NCBI GenBank assembly: GCA_028709785.1 | Contig: JAQUTK010000003.1 | Coordinates: forward strand, 7,607-71,606 | Reading direction: 5' to 3' | DNA length: 64,000 nt | From: Bacteroidales bacterium | Lineage (GTDB): Bacteria; Bacteroidota; Bacteroidia; Bacteroidales; JAQUTK01 | Shown: one piece after another, positions 26,342-36,423 of the stretch | How positions within the stretch are numbered: position 1 is the first letter of the stretch | Layout: the number at the start of each line of letters is the position of its first letter | The notes under the pieces: generated by a model | The model's input: the letters and a program-made list of their open reading frames with translations, nothing else | What the model was told of the DNA's origin: nothing | Database searches by the model: none | Program-made: the position numbers and the translations under genes

Positions 26342-27838
26342 ATGGCTTTAAAATTTATATCTGCAGAAGAAGCTGCGGATTTTGTTCGTGATGGAGATCA
26401 GGTGGGTTTTAGTGGCTTTACCGCTGCAGGTGCACCGCGTGTAGTACCCGGGTTTATTGCAAAAAAAGCAGAAGCAGAACATGCGGCTGGCAGACCTTTT
26501 CAGATTGGTGTGTTTACCGGCGCTTCTACCGGTGAGTTTTTGGATGGCGTGTTGGCACGTGCTCATGCCATCAAAACGCGGACTCCTTATCAGTCGACCA
26601 AAGATCTTCGTGCATGCATTAATTCGAATGAGACTCAATATTCTGATATCCATCTTTCTGAACTGGCTCAAAGTTTACGTAGCAATTTTTTTGGAAAGAT
26701 AAACGTGGCTATTATTGAAGCTGCGGATGTTACTGATAATGGAGAAGTGATCCTAACAGCTGGTGTGGGTATTTCTCCCACAATCTGTAGACTTGCCGAC
26801 AAAATAATCATTGAGCTGAATAAGCAGCATCCAAAAGAATTAAGAGGCATTCATGATATTTATGAGCCGATGGATGTGCCTTTCCGTAAAGAGATTCCTA
26901 TTTATACTCCAACAGATCGTGCAGGCGTTCCTTACGTGAAAGTAGATCTGAATAAAGTTGTTGGAATTGTAGAGACAGATGTAAAAGCCGGAGGAGGCGG
27001 ATTCACTCCTGCAGATGAGGTAACCAGTCAGATCGGCTCCAATGTTGCTGCTTTTCTGGAATCTGAAATGAAAGCCGGTCGTATTCCTTCTTCTTTTCTG
27101 CCTATCCAGTCAGGAGTTGGAAATGTAGCCAATGCGGTGCTTGGTTTCATGGGTGAAAATAAAAATATTCCGGCATTCAATATTTATACTGAAGTGATTC
27201 AGGATGCTGTTATCGCATTAATGAAACAGGATCGTGTCAAGTTTGCAAGTGGATGTTCTTTAACCCTAAGCGAAAGTGTATTGCAAGAGGTGTATGCTGA
27301 TTTGAACTATTTTAAACCCAGATTAGTACTTCGTCCGCAGGAGATTTCCAATAATCCGGGACTTGTGCGCCGTATGGGCTTAATTACAATCAATACGGCT
27401 TTAGAAGCTGATATTTATGGTAATATAAATTCGACACATGTTTGTGGTACGAAAATGATGAATGGAATTGGCGGTTCGGGTGATTTTACGCGTAATGCGT
27501 ATCTTCCGATTTTTACAACTCCTTCCATCGCCAAAGGTGGAAAGATAAGCTCGATTGTTCCAATGGTTTCTCATGCGGATCACTCAGAGCATTCGGTTAA
27601 AGTTCTTATTACAGAATTAGGAGTTGCCGATCTGAGAGGAAAATCACCTGTTCAGCGTGCCAAACTGATCATTGACAATTGCGTACATCCGGAATATAAA
27701 GAGATGATGTATGAATATATGAGAATTGCAGGAAAGGGACATACTCCTCATAATCTTCGTGCTTGTTTTGCTCTTCATAACGAGCTGAATGAGTCCGGAG
27801 ATATGCGTAATGCAGATTTTAGCAAGTATTTAAAATAA
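26342..27838 (+). CDS. Acetyl-CoA hydrolase/transferase family protein (succinate/acetate CoA-transferase type)
   Basis: 498 aa. Full-length resemblance to the succinyl-CoA:acetate / propionyl-CoA:succinate CoA-transferase family (GFSGFT..., MNGIGGSGDF). Confidence 0.85.
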   Translation: MALKFISAEEAADFVRDGDQVGFSGFTAAGAPRVVPGFIAKKAEAEHAAGRPFQIGVFTGASTGEFLDGVLARAHAIKTRTPYQSTKDLRACINSNETQYSDIHLSELAQSLRSNFFGKINVAIIEAADVTDNGEVILTAGVGISPTICRLADKIIIELNKQHPKELRGIHDIYEPMDVPFRKEIPIYTPTDRAGVPYVKVDLNKVVGIVETDVKAGGGGFTPADEVTSQIGSNVAAFLESEMKAGRIPSSFLPIQSGVGNVANAVLGFMGENKNIPAFNIYTEVIQDAVIALMKQDRVKFASGCSLTLSESVLQEVYADLNYFKPRLVLRPQEISNNPGLVRRMGLITINTALEADIYGNINSTHVCGTKMMNGIGGSGDFTRNAYLPIFTTPSIAKGGKISSIVPMVSHADHSEHSVKVLITELGVADLRGKSPVQRAKLIIDNCVHPEYKEMMYEYMRIAGKGHTPHNLRACFALHNELNESGDMRNADFSKYLK

Positions 27839-27848
27839 AAAGAAGAAA

Positions 27849-29420
27849 GTGACTCGGAAATTTGATTTTCTTGTCATCGGCAGCGGAGTCGCCGGATTGA
27901 GCTATGCGCTAAAAGTTGCTGATAAAGGTACTGTGGCAGTCATCTGTAAAGATAAGATGGATGTTGCTAATACTTATTATGCACAAGGCGGTGTCTCTTC
28001 GGTGACAAATATGCTGGTTGATAATTTTGAAAAGCATATTAAGGACACCATGATTGCCGGCGATATGATCAGTGATATCGAAGCGGTAACAAAAGTAGTG
28101 AAAGAAGCACCTACCCAAATACAGGAACTGATTAATTGGGGGGTAAACTTTGATAAAGACGAATCCGGTAACTTTGATCTGCATCGCGAAGGAGGCCATT
28201 CCGAGTTCCGGATTCTTCATCACAAAGACAATACAGGGGCAGAGATTCAGGAAAGTTTGGTTAGTGCTGTGCAACGGCATCCCAATATCTGTGTCTTTGA
28301 GTACTGTTTTGCAGTAGAAATAATCACGCAGCATCATCTGGGAGTCACGGTGACTCGTCAGACTCCGGATATTGAGTGCTATGGAGCCTATATTCTTGAC
28401 CTGAGGAAGAAGAAGGTGGATACCTTCCTCTCTCGCGTTACCTTGATGGCGACGGGTGGTGTCGGTAATGTCTATCAGACAACGACTAACCCTCGTGTCG
28501 CTACCGGCGATGGTATTGCGATGGTCTATCGTGCCAAAGGAACTGTTAAAGATATGGAGTTCATCCAGTTTCATCCAACGGCATTATACCATCCGGGTGA
28601 TCGTCCTTCCTACCTCATTACAGAGGCGATGCGAGGTTATGGGGGCATCTTACGTACTCTGGATGGCAAAGAGTTTATGCAAAAATACGATGAGCGTCTC
28701 TCATTGGCTCCACGCGATATAGTTGCCCGTGCTATTGATAATGAGATGAAAAACAGAGGGGAAGATCATGTCTATCTGGATGTCACTCACAAGAGCTCCG
28801 AACAGACAAAATTGCATTTCCCGAATATCTATGCTAAATGTCTTAGTCTGGGGATCGATATTACAAAAGACTATATCCCGGTGGCTCCGGCTGCTCACTA
28901 TCTTTGCGGAGGTATTAAAGTGGATTTAAATGCCCGCTCATCCATTCAACGATTGTATGCTGTTGGCGAATGTTCCTGCACAGGGCTACATGGAGGCAAT
29001 CGTTTGGCATCCAACTCTCTGATTGAGGCTGTTGTGTATGCGGATGCTGCTGCAAAAGATAGTCTGGCTCAACTCCATCACTATGATTATCATGAGGGAA
29101 TACCCGCATGGAACGATGAGGGAACAACTCTTCCGGAGGAGATGGTGCTTATTACTCAGAGTGCTAAGGAGGTACAACAGATTATGAGTACCTATGTGGG
29201 CATTGTTCGAACTGATTTGCGCTTGAAGCGTGCATGGGATCGCCTGGATATTATCTATGAAGAGACAGAGAGTTTATTTCAACGCTCTGTCGTATCTCCT
29301 GAGATTTGTGAGTTACGTAATATGATTAATGTGGGATACCTCATCATGCGTCAGGCTATCGAACGGAAAGAGAGTGTTGGACTGCACTATAATATTGACC
29401 ATCCGCATCGGAAAAGTTGA
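27849..29420 (+). CDS. nadB: L-aspartate oxidase
   Basis: GTG start 10 nt after the preceding stop. FAD motif FLVIGSGVAGL, QFHPT, YAVGECSCTGLHGGNRLASNSL. Confidence 0.9.
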   Translation: MTRKFDFLVIGSGVAGLSYALKVADKGTVAVICKDKMDVANTYYAQGGVSSVTNMLVDNFEKHIKDTMIAGDMISDIEAVTKVVKEAPTQIQELINWGVNFDKDESGNFDLHREGGHSEFRILHHKDNTGAEIQESLVSAVQRHPNICVFEYCFAVEIITQHHLGVTVTRQTPDIECYGAYILDLRKKKVDTFLSRVTLMATGGVGNVYQTTTNPRVATGDGIAMVYRAKGTVKDMEFIQFHPTALYHPGDRPSYLITEAMRGYGGILRTLDGKEFMQKYDERLSLAPRDIVARAIDNEMKNRGEDHVYLDVTHKSSEQTKLHFPNIYAKCLSLGIDITKDYIPVAPAAHYLCGGIKVDLNARSSIQRLYAVGECSCTGLHGGNRLASNSLIEAVVYADAAAKDSLAQLHHYDYHEGIPAWNDEGTTLPEEMVLITQSAKEVQQIMSTYVGIVRTDLRLKRAWDRLDIIYEETESLFQRSVVSPEICELRNMINVGYLIMRQAIERKESVGLHYNIDHPHRKS

Positions 29421-29454
29421 ATATTATGTACTTTTGTCACGTGAAGGAATAAAT

Positions 29455-29488
29455 AGGGCTGTCTCTTTAACCGGAGGCCGCCCTTTTG
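29455..29488 (+). terminator. Intrinsic terminator after nadB
   Basis: AGGGCTGT / GCCGCCCT outer stem (one mismatch) plus CTC/GAG inner pairs, then TTTT. Confidence 0.6.
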
Positions 29489-29533
29489 TGCAAATTTATT
29501 CTGTGTATCACCTCTTTATTTGTAGAAAACGTA

Positions 29534-29541
29534 TAACTTTG
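29534..29541 (+). promoter_or_regulatory. Candidate -7 box for the dcp-dCMP deaminase-S41-5FCL unit
   Basis: TAACTTTG, 20 nt upstream of ATG 29561. Confidence 0.55.
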
Positions 29542-29560
29542 CGACTACTTATTTTAAGAT

Positions 29561-31657
29561 ATGAATCTGAGATATTATTTATTACTTGCTTTCTTATTAT
29601 CTGTTTTTGCAATGATGCCAGACAACAATCCCTTTTTCTCGGAACTGAATACTCCGCAACAGACTTTCCCTTTTGATCAACTAAAAAATGAACATTATGA
29701 ACCAGCCTTTCTGAAAGGAATGGAGTTGCATAATGTTGAAGTAGATGCTATCGTAAATAATACTGCACCAGCTGATTTTAAAAATACGATAGAGGCTCTG
29801 GAACAATCCGGCGAACTTCTGAATACTGTCAGTCAGGTCTTCTTTGCTTTGGAGAGTGCTGAGAGTAATGATGAAATGATGGAGATTTCTCAACGTATGT
29901 CGCCTCTGTTGTCAGAACATTCGAATAATATCAGTCTGAATGAAAAATTATTTGAACGGGTTCAGGCCGTTTATAATAAACGTGACTCTCTGCATCTGAA
30001 TCTGGAAGAAAGTAAACTATTGCAGGATACGTATGATGGATTTGTGCTCAGAGGTGCTAACCTGAATCCCGAAGATAAGGAGAAATTTCGCAAACTCTCT
30101 TCCGAACTGAGTCTGGTGTCACTCACATACGGACAGAATATCCTGAAAGAAACCAATCTGTTTGAAATGCAGCTTACCGAAAAAAAACAATTGGCAGGAT
30201 TACCTGAAGATGTTGTTGCCGCGGCTGCCATGGAAGCTAAAGAAAAGGGAAAGAGTGGATGGATATTTACTCTGAGTTACCCTAGTTATCTTCCGTTTAT
30301 GAAATATTCTGAGGTCAGAGAGCTTCGGGAGCAATTATATAAGGCTTATAATTCACGCTGTGCGCATGGAGGAGAGTATGATAATCGGGAAAACATGAGA
30401 CGGATAGCTGCTTTGCGGATTGAGATCGCACAGTTATTGGGATATCACAATTATGCCGATTATGTGCTGACACGCCGTATGGCTGAAGATACCGGAAAAG
30501 TCTTTCATTTGCTGGATCAGTTATGTGATGCGTATAAACCGACTGCACAGCAGGAGGTGAAGGAAGTACAGGATTATGTCCTGGCCAGTGAAGGGAAAAG
30601 TATAAAGCTGATGCCGTGGGACTGGAGTTTCTATTCTGAGAAGCTGAAGAAGTCGAAATATGATCTGAATGACGAGTTGCTTCGTCCCTATTTTGAGTTG
30701 AGTAAGGTGAAACAGGGTGTTTTTGATCTTGCAACGTCTTTGTATGGCATCACATTTCAGAGAAATGAAAAGATCCCTGTCTATCATCCGGACGTGGAGG
30801 CGTATGATGTGCTGGATAAAGACGGCACATTCCTTGCTGTTCTTTATACAGACTTTCATCCCAGAAAAGGGAAACAGAATGGTGCCTGGATGACCAGTTA
30901 CCGCGACCAGTACCGGAAAAACGGGGTAGAGGTAAGACCGCATGTCACCATTGTAATGAACTTCACCAAGCCGACTGCTGATAAACCTTCGCTGATTACG
31001 TTTGATGAGTTCCAGACTTTACTTCATGAGTTTGGACATGCTTTGCATGGAATGTTTGCTTCCGGCACGTATGCTTCACTCAGTGGAACCAGTGTGTATC
31101 GTGACTTCGTGGAACTTCCATCCCAGTTGATGGAAAACTTTAGTACGGAGAAAGAGTATCTGGACAGATTTGCTCAGCACTATCAGACAGGAGAGAAGAT
31201 ACCGGCAGAATATATACAGCGAATCAAGGATGCTGCGCACTATAATGTGGCTTATGGTTGTTTGCGACAACTATCATTTGGTTATCTGGATATGGCCTGG
31301 CATATGCTTGACAAACCCTATGAGGGTGATGTCATTGATTTTGAGAGAAAGGCTACTGAAAAAGTGAAGTTGCTTCCTGACGTGGACGGAACAATGTTTG
31401 GATCTTCGTTTTCTCATGTGTTTGCAGGCGGATATGCAGCCGGATATTACAGTTATAAATGGGCTGAAGTGTTGGATGCGGATGCCTTCTCACTCTTTAA
31501 GTCTAAAGGAATTTTTGACAGAGGTACAGCAGAGGCCTTCCGCAGAGAAATTCTTTCCAAAGGAGGCGTGGAACATCCGATGACAATTTACAAGCGGTTT
31601 AAAGGAGAAGAGCCGACAATAAAGGCTTTACTGCGGCGTGATAATATTTTGAAATGA
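29561..31657 (+). CDS. dcp: M3 family metallopeptidase (peptidyl-dipeptidase Dcp type)
   Basis: HEFGHALH zinc motif, a downstream E (VELPSQLME), signal peptide, and about 700 aa as for Dcp. Confidence 0.9.
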   Translation: MNLRYYLLLAFLLSVFAMMPDNNPFFSELNTPQQTFPFDQLKNEHYEPAFLKGMELHNVEVDAIVNNTAPADFKNTIEALEQSGELLNTVSQVFFALESAESNDEMMEISQRMSPLLSEHSNNISLNEKLFERVQAVYNKRDSLHLNLEESKLLQDTYDGFVLRGANLNPEDKEKFRKLSSELSLVSLTYGQNILKETNLFEMQLTEKKQLAGLPEDVVAAAAMEAKEKGKSGWIFTLSYPSYLPFMKYSEVRELREQLYKAYNSRCAHGGEYDNRENMRRIAALRIEIAQLLGYHNYADYVLTRRMAEDTGKVFHLLDQLCDAYKPTAQQEVKEVQDYVLASEGKSIKLMPWDWSFYSEKLKKSKYDLNDELLRPYFELSKVKQGVFDLATSLYGITFQRNEKIPVYHPDVEAYDVLDKDGTFLAVLYTDFHPRKGKQNGAWMTSYRDQYRKNGVEVRPHVTIVMNFTKPTADKPSLITFDEFQTLLHEFGHALHGMFASGTYASLSGTSVYRDFVELPSQLMENFSTEKEYLDRFAQHYQTGEKIPAEYIQRIKDAAHYNVAYGCLRQLSFGYLDMAWHMLDKPYEGDVIDFERKATEKVKLLPDVDGTMFGSSFSHVFAGGYAAGYYSYKWAEVLDADAFSLFKSKGIFDRGTAEAFRREILSKGGVEHPMTIYKRFKGEEPTIKALLRRDNILK

Positions 31658-31678
31658 TAACTTCGTGTTTGAAACAAG

Positions 31679-32116
31679 ATGGACTATAAAGAGAAAAGAA
31701 AGCAGGATATTGATATAAGATATATGAAGATGGCATATATCTGGTCTGAAAATTCCTACTGCCAACGTAGAAGAGTAGGGGCACTCCTGGTAAAGGACCA
31801 AATGATTATTTCGGACGGATATAACGGTACCCCTTCAGGATTCGAAAATATTTGCGAAGATGAGAATGGTCATACCTATCCTTATGTCCTTCATGCTGAA
31901 GCAAATGCCATATCAAAAGTAGCCAAATCGAATAATAGTAGTTTGGACTCGACGTTGTATGTAACCTCTTCCCCTTGTATAGAATGTGCCAAATTGATTA
32001 TTCAGGCGGGAATAAGCAGAGTAGTTTATGCGGAAAAATATCGTTTGGAGGATGGATTGGATTTATTGAAGAGAGCCGGTATTGAAGTGGAATTTATCGA
32101 CATTAACGAGAAATAA
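31679..32116 (+). CDS. dCMP deaminase (ComEB family)
   Basis: Cytidine/deoxycytidylate deaminase zinc motifs HAEANAI and SPCIECAKLI. Confidence 0.85.
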   Translation: MDYKEKRKQDIDIRYMKMAYIWSENSYCQRRRVGALLVKDQMIISDGYNGTPSGFENICEDENGHTYPYVLHAEANAISKVAKSNNSSLDSTLYVTSSPCIECAKLIIQAGISRVVYAEKYRLEDGLDLLKRAGIEVEFIDINEK

Positions 32117-32118
32117 GT

Positions 32119-33774
32119 ATGAAAATCAATGGAGTAAACAAGTCTCTTCCTCTGATTATCGCGCTCTGTATTGCCGGAGGTGTAGTCTTGGGGTATTATA
32201 TGACGATAAATACATTGAATAATGGTGGACGAAAAGGGGGTGCTTCAAATAAGCTGGATCTTCTTATGGATGTTATTCATCGTGAATATGTCGATTCGTT
32301 GACTGATTCTTCAATCATAGAAAAGGCTATTCCGCATATAATGGCAGAATTAGATCCCCATTCAAAATATATCCCCTCAAAAGATGTTGAGGCTGTTAAT
32401 AAAGAACTTGAGGGAACATTCAGTGGTATTGGCGTTATCTTTATATTAAAGGAAGATACCATAACGGTAACAGAAGTTGTTTCGGGTGGACCTTCTGAGA
32501 AAGCCGGACTTTTGAAGGGAGACCGGATAGTGAGGATCAATGATACTTTGTATGCCGGTATCAACCTGAAACAAAGTGAGGTAATGAAGAAACTTCGTGG
32601 CAAGAAAGACTCGAAAGTGAAACTGGGTATCAAACGAATGAATCTGGAAGAACTGAAATCTGTGACTGTTACGCGAGGCGATATTTCTGTCAGTAGTGTT
32701 GATGTTTCATATAAGGTAAGTAATGATATCGGATATATTAAGATTGCTCAGTTTGGTTCTAACACTTATCAGGACTTTTTGCTCGCCATTGCTAAACTAA
32801 AAAAACAACAGTGTAACAGCTTTATCATTGACCTAAGAGATAACCCCGGTGGTTTTCTTGATGCGACAATAAATATGGTTAATGAGTTTCTTCCAGCAGG
32901 TAAACTAATTGTCTATACCCAGGGAAAGGCATATCCACGAAATGAATCATATTCCAATGGAGAAGGATCTTGCCAACATTCTCCTGTCATTGTCCTGATT
33001 GATGAGATTTCGGCTTCTGCCAGTGAGATTTTTGCCGGAGCTATCCAGGATAACGATCGAGGTCTGATTATTGGTCGACGTTCCTTTGGGAAAGGACTGG
33101 TACAAAGTCAACCTTCCTTCTCTGATGGTTCGGCTATCCGACTGACTATCGCACGCTATTATACTCCGACGGGTCGTTGTATTCAGAAACCATACAAGCC
33201 AGGCAAGGAAGCTGAATATGAGGATGAGGTTTATCAACGTTATCTACATGGAGAGTTTTCAAGCCAGGATAGCATTAAACAGAATGATTCTCTTCGTTAT
33301 ACAACTCCTTCGGGAAGGGTAGTCTATGGAGGGGGTGGAATTACTCCTGATATTTTCGTTCCGCTTGATTCGCTGGGATGGACATCTTATTCGAAAGCTG
33401 TGGTCACGAAAGGTTTAATCCCGATGTTTGCTTTTAACTATGTGGAAGCACATGCCGAAGAATTAAAAGAGTTCAATCATTATTGGCCTTTACTGCAATA
33501 TCTGAATGAATTAGACTTGCTTTCTGATTTTGTAGATTATGCCGAAATAAAGGGAGTTAGTCGCCGACCCTATTTAATAGATATATCGAGAAATATGCTT
33601 GATACATATATTAAAGCTTTTATTGGTCAGTATCTTCTGGGTGATGAGGCTTATTATCCGATTATATTCCAATTGGATGCAACTTATAAACGTGCCGTGC
33701 AAGAAATGAAGGTGAAAATGAATCCAATATTGATGATGTCTCCACAACCCATCATAAGTAATGTGCAGCATTGA
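32119..33774 (+). CDS. S41 family C-terminal processing peptidase
   Basis: PDZ segment (GGPSEKAGLLKGDRIVRIND) and catalytic region DLRDNPGGFLD ... SASASEIFAGA ... GKGLVQ. Confidence 0.85.
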   Translation: MKINGVNKSLPLIIALCIAGGVVLGYYMTINTLNNGGRKGGASNKLDLLMDVIHREYVDSLTDSSIIEKAIPHIMAELDPHSKYIPSKDVEAVNKELEGTFSGIGVIFILKEDTITVTEVVSGGPSEKAGLLKGDRIVRINDTLYAGINLKQSEVMKKLRGKKDSKVKLGIKRMNLEELKSVTVTRGDISVSSVDVSYKVSNDIGYIKIAQFGSNTYQDFLLAIAKLKKQQCNSFIIDLRDNPGGFLDATINMVNEFLPAGKLIVYTQGKAYPRNESYSNGEGSCQHSPVIVLIDEISASASEIFAGAIQDNDRGLIIGRRSFGKGLVQSQPSFSDGSAIRLTIARYYTPTGRCIQKPYKPGKEAEYEDEVYQRYLHGEFSSQDSIKQNDSLRYTTPSGRVVYGGGGITPDIFVPLDSLGWTSYSKAVVTKGLIPMFAFNYVEAHAEELKEFNHYWPLLQYLNELDLLSDFVDYAEIKGVSRRPYLIDISRNMLDTYIKAFIGQYLLGDEAYYPIIFQLDATYKRAVQEMKVKMNPILMMSPQPIISNVQH

Positions 33775-34342
33775 TGAGAAGAAACGAGTTTTAAGGAAAA
33801 ATATCGCCTCGAAAAAGAAGTGCTTTTCTCCTTCAATATTGGAAGAACGCTCTGAAAAGATCCTTCAAAAGATGGAACTTCTTCCCGAATTCATTCATGC
33901 CAAGTGTGTATTCCTATACTATTCAATGCCCGATGAGGTTGCCACTCATGCTTTTGTAATGAAATGGGCTGAAACAAAGGAGATATACCTCCCGGTCATT
34001 GAAGAAGGGGAGATGAAACTTCGTATCTATTCTCCGGATAACAGACTTAGAATCGGTGCTTATAATATTCTGGAACCACAGGGAGATCTTTGTTCTGATT
34101 TTCAACTGATAGACTTTGCAATTGTTCCGGGCGTTGCATTCGATCGGCTGGGCTTTCGGCTAGGGCGTGGTAAAGGATATTATGATCGTGTCTTGCCTCT
34201 CCTGACATGCAGAAAAGCAGGGATCTGCTTTGACTTTCAGATAGTGCAAAACGTGCCGGCAGATGAATGGGATGTGCCGATGGATTATGTTATTTCAGAG
34301 GAGGAACTGATTATAACCAGTCACAAAGCTCTGTCCAGGTAA
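33761..34342 (+). CDS. 5-formyltetrahydrofolate cyclo-ligase
   Basis: VPGVAFDRLGFRLGRGKGYYDR motif. Start overlaps the upstream stop by 14 nt. Confidence 0.8.
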   Translation: MCSIDEKKRVLRKNIASKKKCFSPSILEERSEKILQKMELLPEFIHAKCVFLYYSMPDEVATHAFVMKWAETKEIYLPVIEEGEMKLRIYSPDNRLRIGAYNILEPQGDLCSDFQLIDFAIVPGVAFDRLGFRLGRGKGYYDRVLPLLTCRKAGICFDFQIVQNVPADEWDVPMDYVISEEELIITSHKALSR

Positions 34343-34946
34343 TTGTTGTAAAGTCCGGGATAGTCCGATGAACTTTTTCTGCAAGTCTGTCAGCCGGTAG
34401 AGTTGTACTCAGACCAATTACTTTCATCCCGGCTGCTGTACCTGCTGCAATACCTGCCAGTGAGTCTTCTAAAACCAGACATTCGCTCGGACTTATATTT
34501 AAATCCTTAGCAGCCAGTTGGTAGCAATAAGGATCCGGTTTCCCCTTTGTAATACGATCCGCAGTAACTATGGTGTCAAATGTTTGCTCAAGAGCGAGTT
34601 CCTTGAGTGCCCGTTCGATCTTACTTTGTTTTGAACTTGTGACCAATGCCACAAGGATATTTTGATTTTGTAATTCTTGAATAAAAGCTTTGGCTCCCGG
34701 TATCTCAGTATAATCCATGTTTAGTTCAAATTGATCACATTCCTGTTGGAGACGTTGCCGTTCTTCTTCGGAGTGATTACTAAAGTAGGTCGCCATTATA
34801 TGTGGCATGATCGTCCCTTTTATGCGAGATGCGAAATGTGGGATGCCAATGCGATACCTATCTGCTGCTTCATTCCAGAAAAGGTCGTACAAAGGTTCCG
34901 TATTTGCAATAACTCCGTCAAAATCAAATAGTGCTGCTCTTATCAT
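34311..34946 (-). CDS. HAD-IA family hydrolase (beta-phosphoglucomutase-like)
   Basis: Motif I LFDFDGVIANTE, motif II VTSS, and a C-terminal EDSLAGIAAG motif. Confidence 0.8.
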   Translation of the reverse strand: MIRAALFDFDGVIANTEPLYDLFWNEAADRYRIGIPHFASRIKGTIMPHIMATYFSNHSEEERQRLQQECDQFELNMDYTEIPGAKAFIQELQNQNILVALVTSSKQSKIERALKELALEQTFDTIVTADRITKGKPDPYCYQLAAKDLNISPSECLVLEDSLAGIAAGTAAGMKVIGLSTTLPADRLAEKVHRTIPDFTTITWTELCDWL

Positions 34947-34965
34947 GTAGTGTCTTATGTGTAAA

Positions 34966-36423
34966 TTAATAACTGGGTTTTGTTTGTGCGTCGATGCTCA
35001 GAAATATAAACAGTAAAATAGTAAATGCCCATAATGAGGAGCCTCCATAACTCAGTAAAGGTAAAGGTATACCAATGACAGGTAATAATCCGATAACCAT
35101 TCCGACGTTAACAGTAATATGAAAAAATAGAATACTCACTACTGAGTATCCATAAATTCGCCCAAAGGAGTATCGTTGTCTTTCGGCAAGAGCTATCAGT
35201 CGGAGTAGTAGTACCAGATACAGACCGAGTACGATACTGACACCAATAAATCCTTTTTCTTCTCCAACGGTACAGAAAATGAAATCTGTGTCTTGCTCCG
35301 GTACATATTTTAGTTTGGTTTGAGTTCCGTTTAAGAAACCTTTACCGGTGATACCTCCTGAGCCAATCGCTATTTTGGATTGATTGACGTTATATCCGGC
35401 TCCATTCAGGTCTTCCTTCAACCCAAGTAACACCTCAATCCGAATCCGTTGGTGTGGTTGAAGAACATTGTAGAAGAGATAATTGACTGAGAACATAAAT
35501 GCAATTGAGCCTGCCATAAGGAGACCAATCAGCGCAAAATCGTGTATCTTATCAAGAAGTGCATAATATAAAAGAATAATAGCACAGATAAAAATACAAA
35601 TATATCCTGGAAAGGCATAGCTTATTTTCAGAGGAGTCAGAGCGAGCACGAAGGTAACCACTGTGAAGAAGCTGATAATCTTAAGGAGCAGGACTCGTAT
35701 TTTTCCTTTGGTAGGTTGATACATCCATAACATGACTATTCCGGACAAAAGCGTCAGAACAACAATGCTTACTTCTCCAAAAGAGGTCGTATCTGAAATC
35801 ATTATTCCACCAAACTTAATGCTAAGTATGAATATAGTTACGGCCAGTAACCCGGAGTAGAGTATCATACCCGACATTCCTTCCCTATATAAAACGAGAA
35901 GGAAGGCGGAAAATACCAGTGCTGAACCCGTTTCCTTTTGTAGTAAAATCAAAACCATCGGGAGTAGTATGATAGCACCTGTGGCTAACGAGTTTTTTAG
36001 AGAAAACAGTTTGAAGTTGTATGAATTCATAAAGGTGGCTAAGGCCAAGGCTGTCGCAAACTTCGCAAACTCGGCCGGCTGGACAGTCAGCGGTCCTAAT
36101 GTTAGCCACGAGCGGGATCCTTTCACATCTTCAGCGAGAAATATTGTTGCAATGAGGATTAGAATGATAGTTGCATAAATGAAGTAAGAGAAATATTGGT
36201 AGAAATCACTATCAATCAGAAGTAGTGCCATGGCTGTGATTATACAAATTCCAATCCAGATTAGTTGTTTACCAAACCGCTGATCAAGGTCAAAGATACT
36301 AGCATTATCAAAGTTGTAGCCGGCACTATACACGCATCCCCAGCCTACGATGAGTATCGCAAGATAGAGGACTATCGTGATCCAGTCCACATTGTGCCAT
36401 ACACTTGTTTGTCTAAAGCCCAT
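34966..36423 (-). CDS. rodA: Rod shape-determining SEDS protein RodA
   Basis: FtsW/RodA/SpoVE polytopic protein (PEQDTDFIFCTVGEEKGFIG). Directly downstream of mrdA, with an 11-nt overlap. Confidence 0.85.
   Translation of the reverse strand: MGFRQTSVWHNVDWITIVLYLAILIVGWGCVYSAGYNFDNASIFDLDQRFGKQLIWIGICIITAMALLLIDSDFYQYFSYFIYATIILILIATIFLAEDVKGSRSWLTLGPLTVQPAEFAKFATALALATFMNSYNFKLFSLKNSLATGAIILLPMVLILLQKETGSALVFSAFLLVLYREGMSGMILYSGLLAVTIFILSIKFGGIMISDTTSFGEVSIVVLTLLSGIVMLWMYQPTKGKIRVLLLKIISFFTVVTFVLALTPLKISYAFPGYICIFICAIILLYYALLDKIHDFALIGLLMAGSIAFMFSVNYLFYNVLQPHQRIRIEVLLGLKEDLNGAGYNVNQSKIAIGSGGITGKGFLNGTQTKLKYVPEQDTDFIFCTVGEEKGFIGVSIVLGLYLVLLLRLIALAERQRYSFGRIYGYSVVSILFFHITVNVGMVIGLLPVIGIPLPLLSYGGSSLWAFTILLFIFLSIDAQTKPSY

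Noticed and set aside
27909-28574. 221-aa ORF antisense to nadB
   Set aside because: It lies entirely inside a full-length, motif-complete L-aspartate oxidase gene on the other strand. The translated sequence has no recognisable motifs and there is no promoter box. It is most simply a chance open antisense frame.
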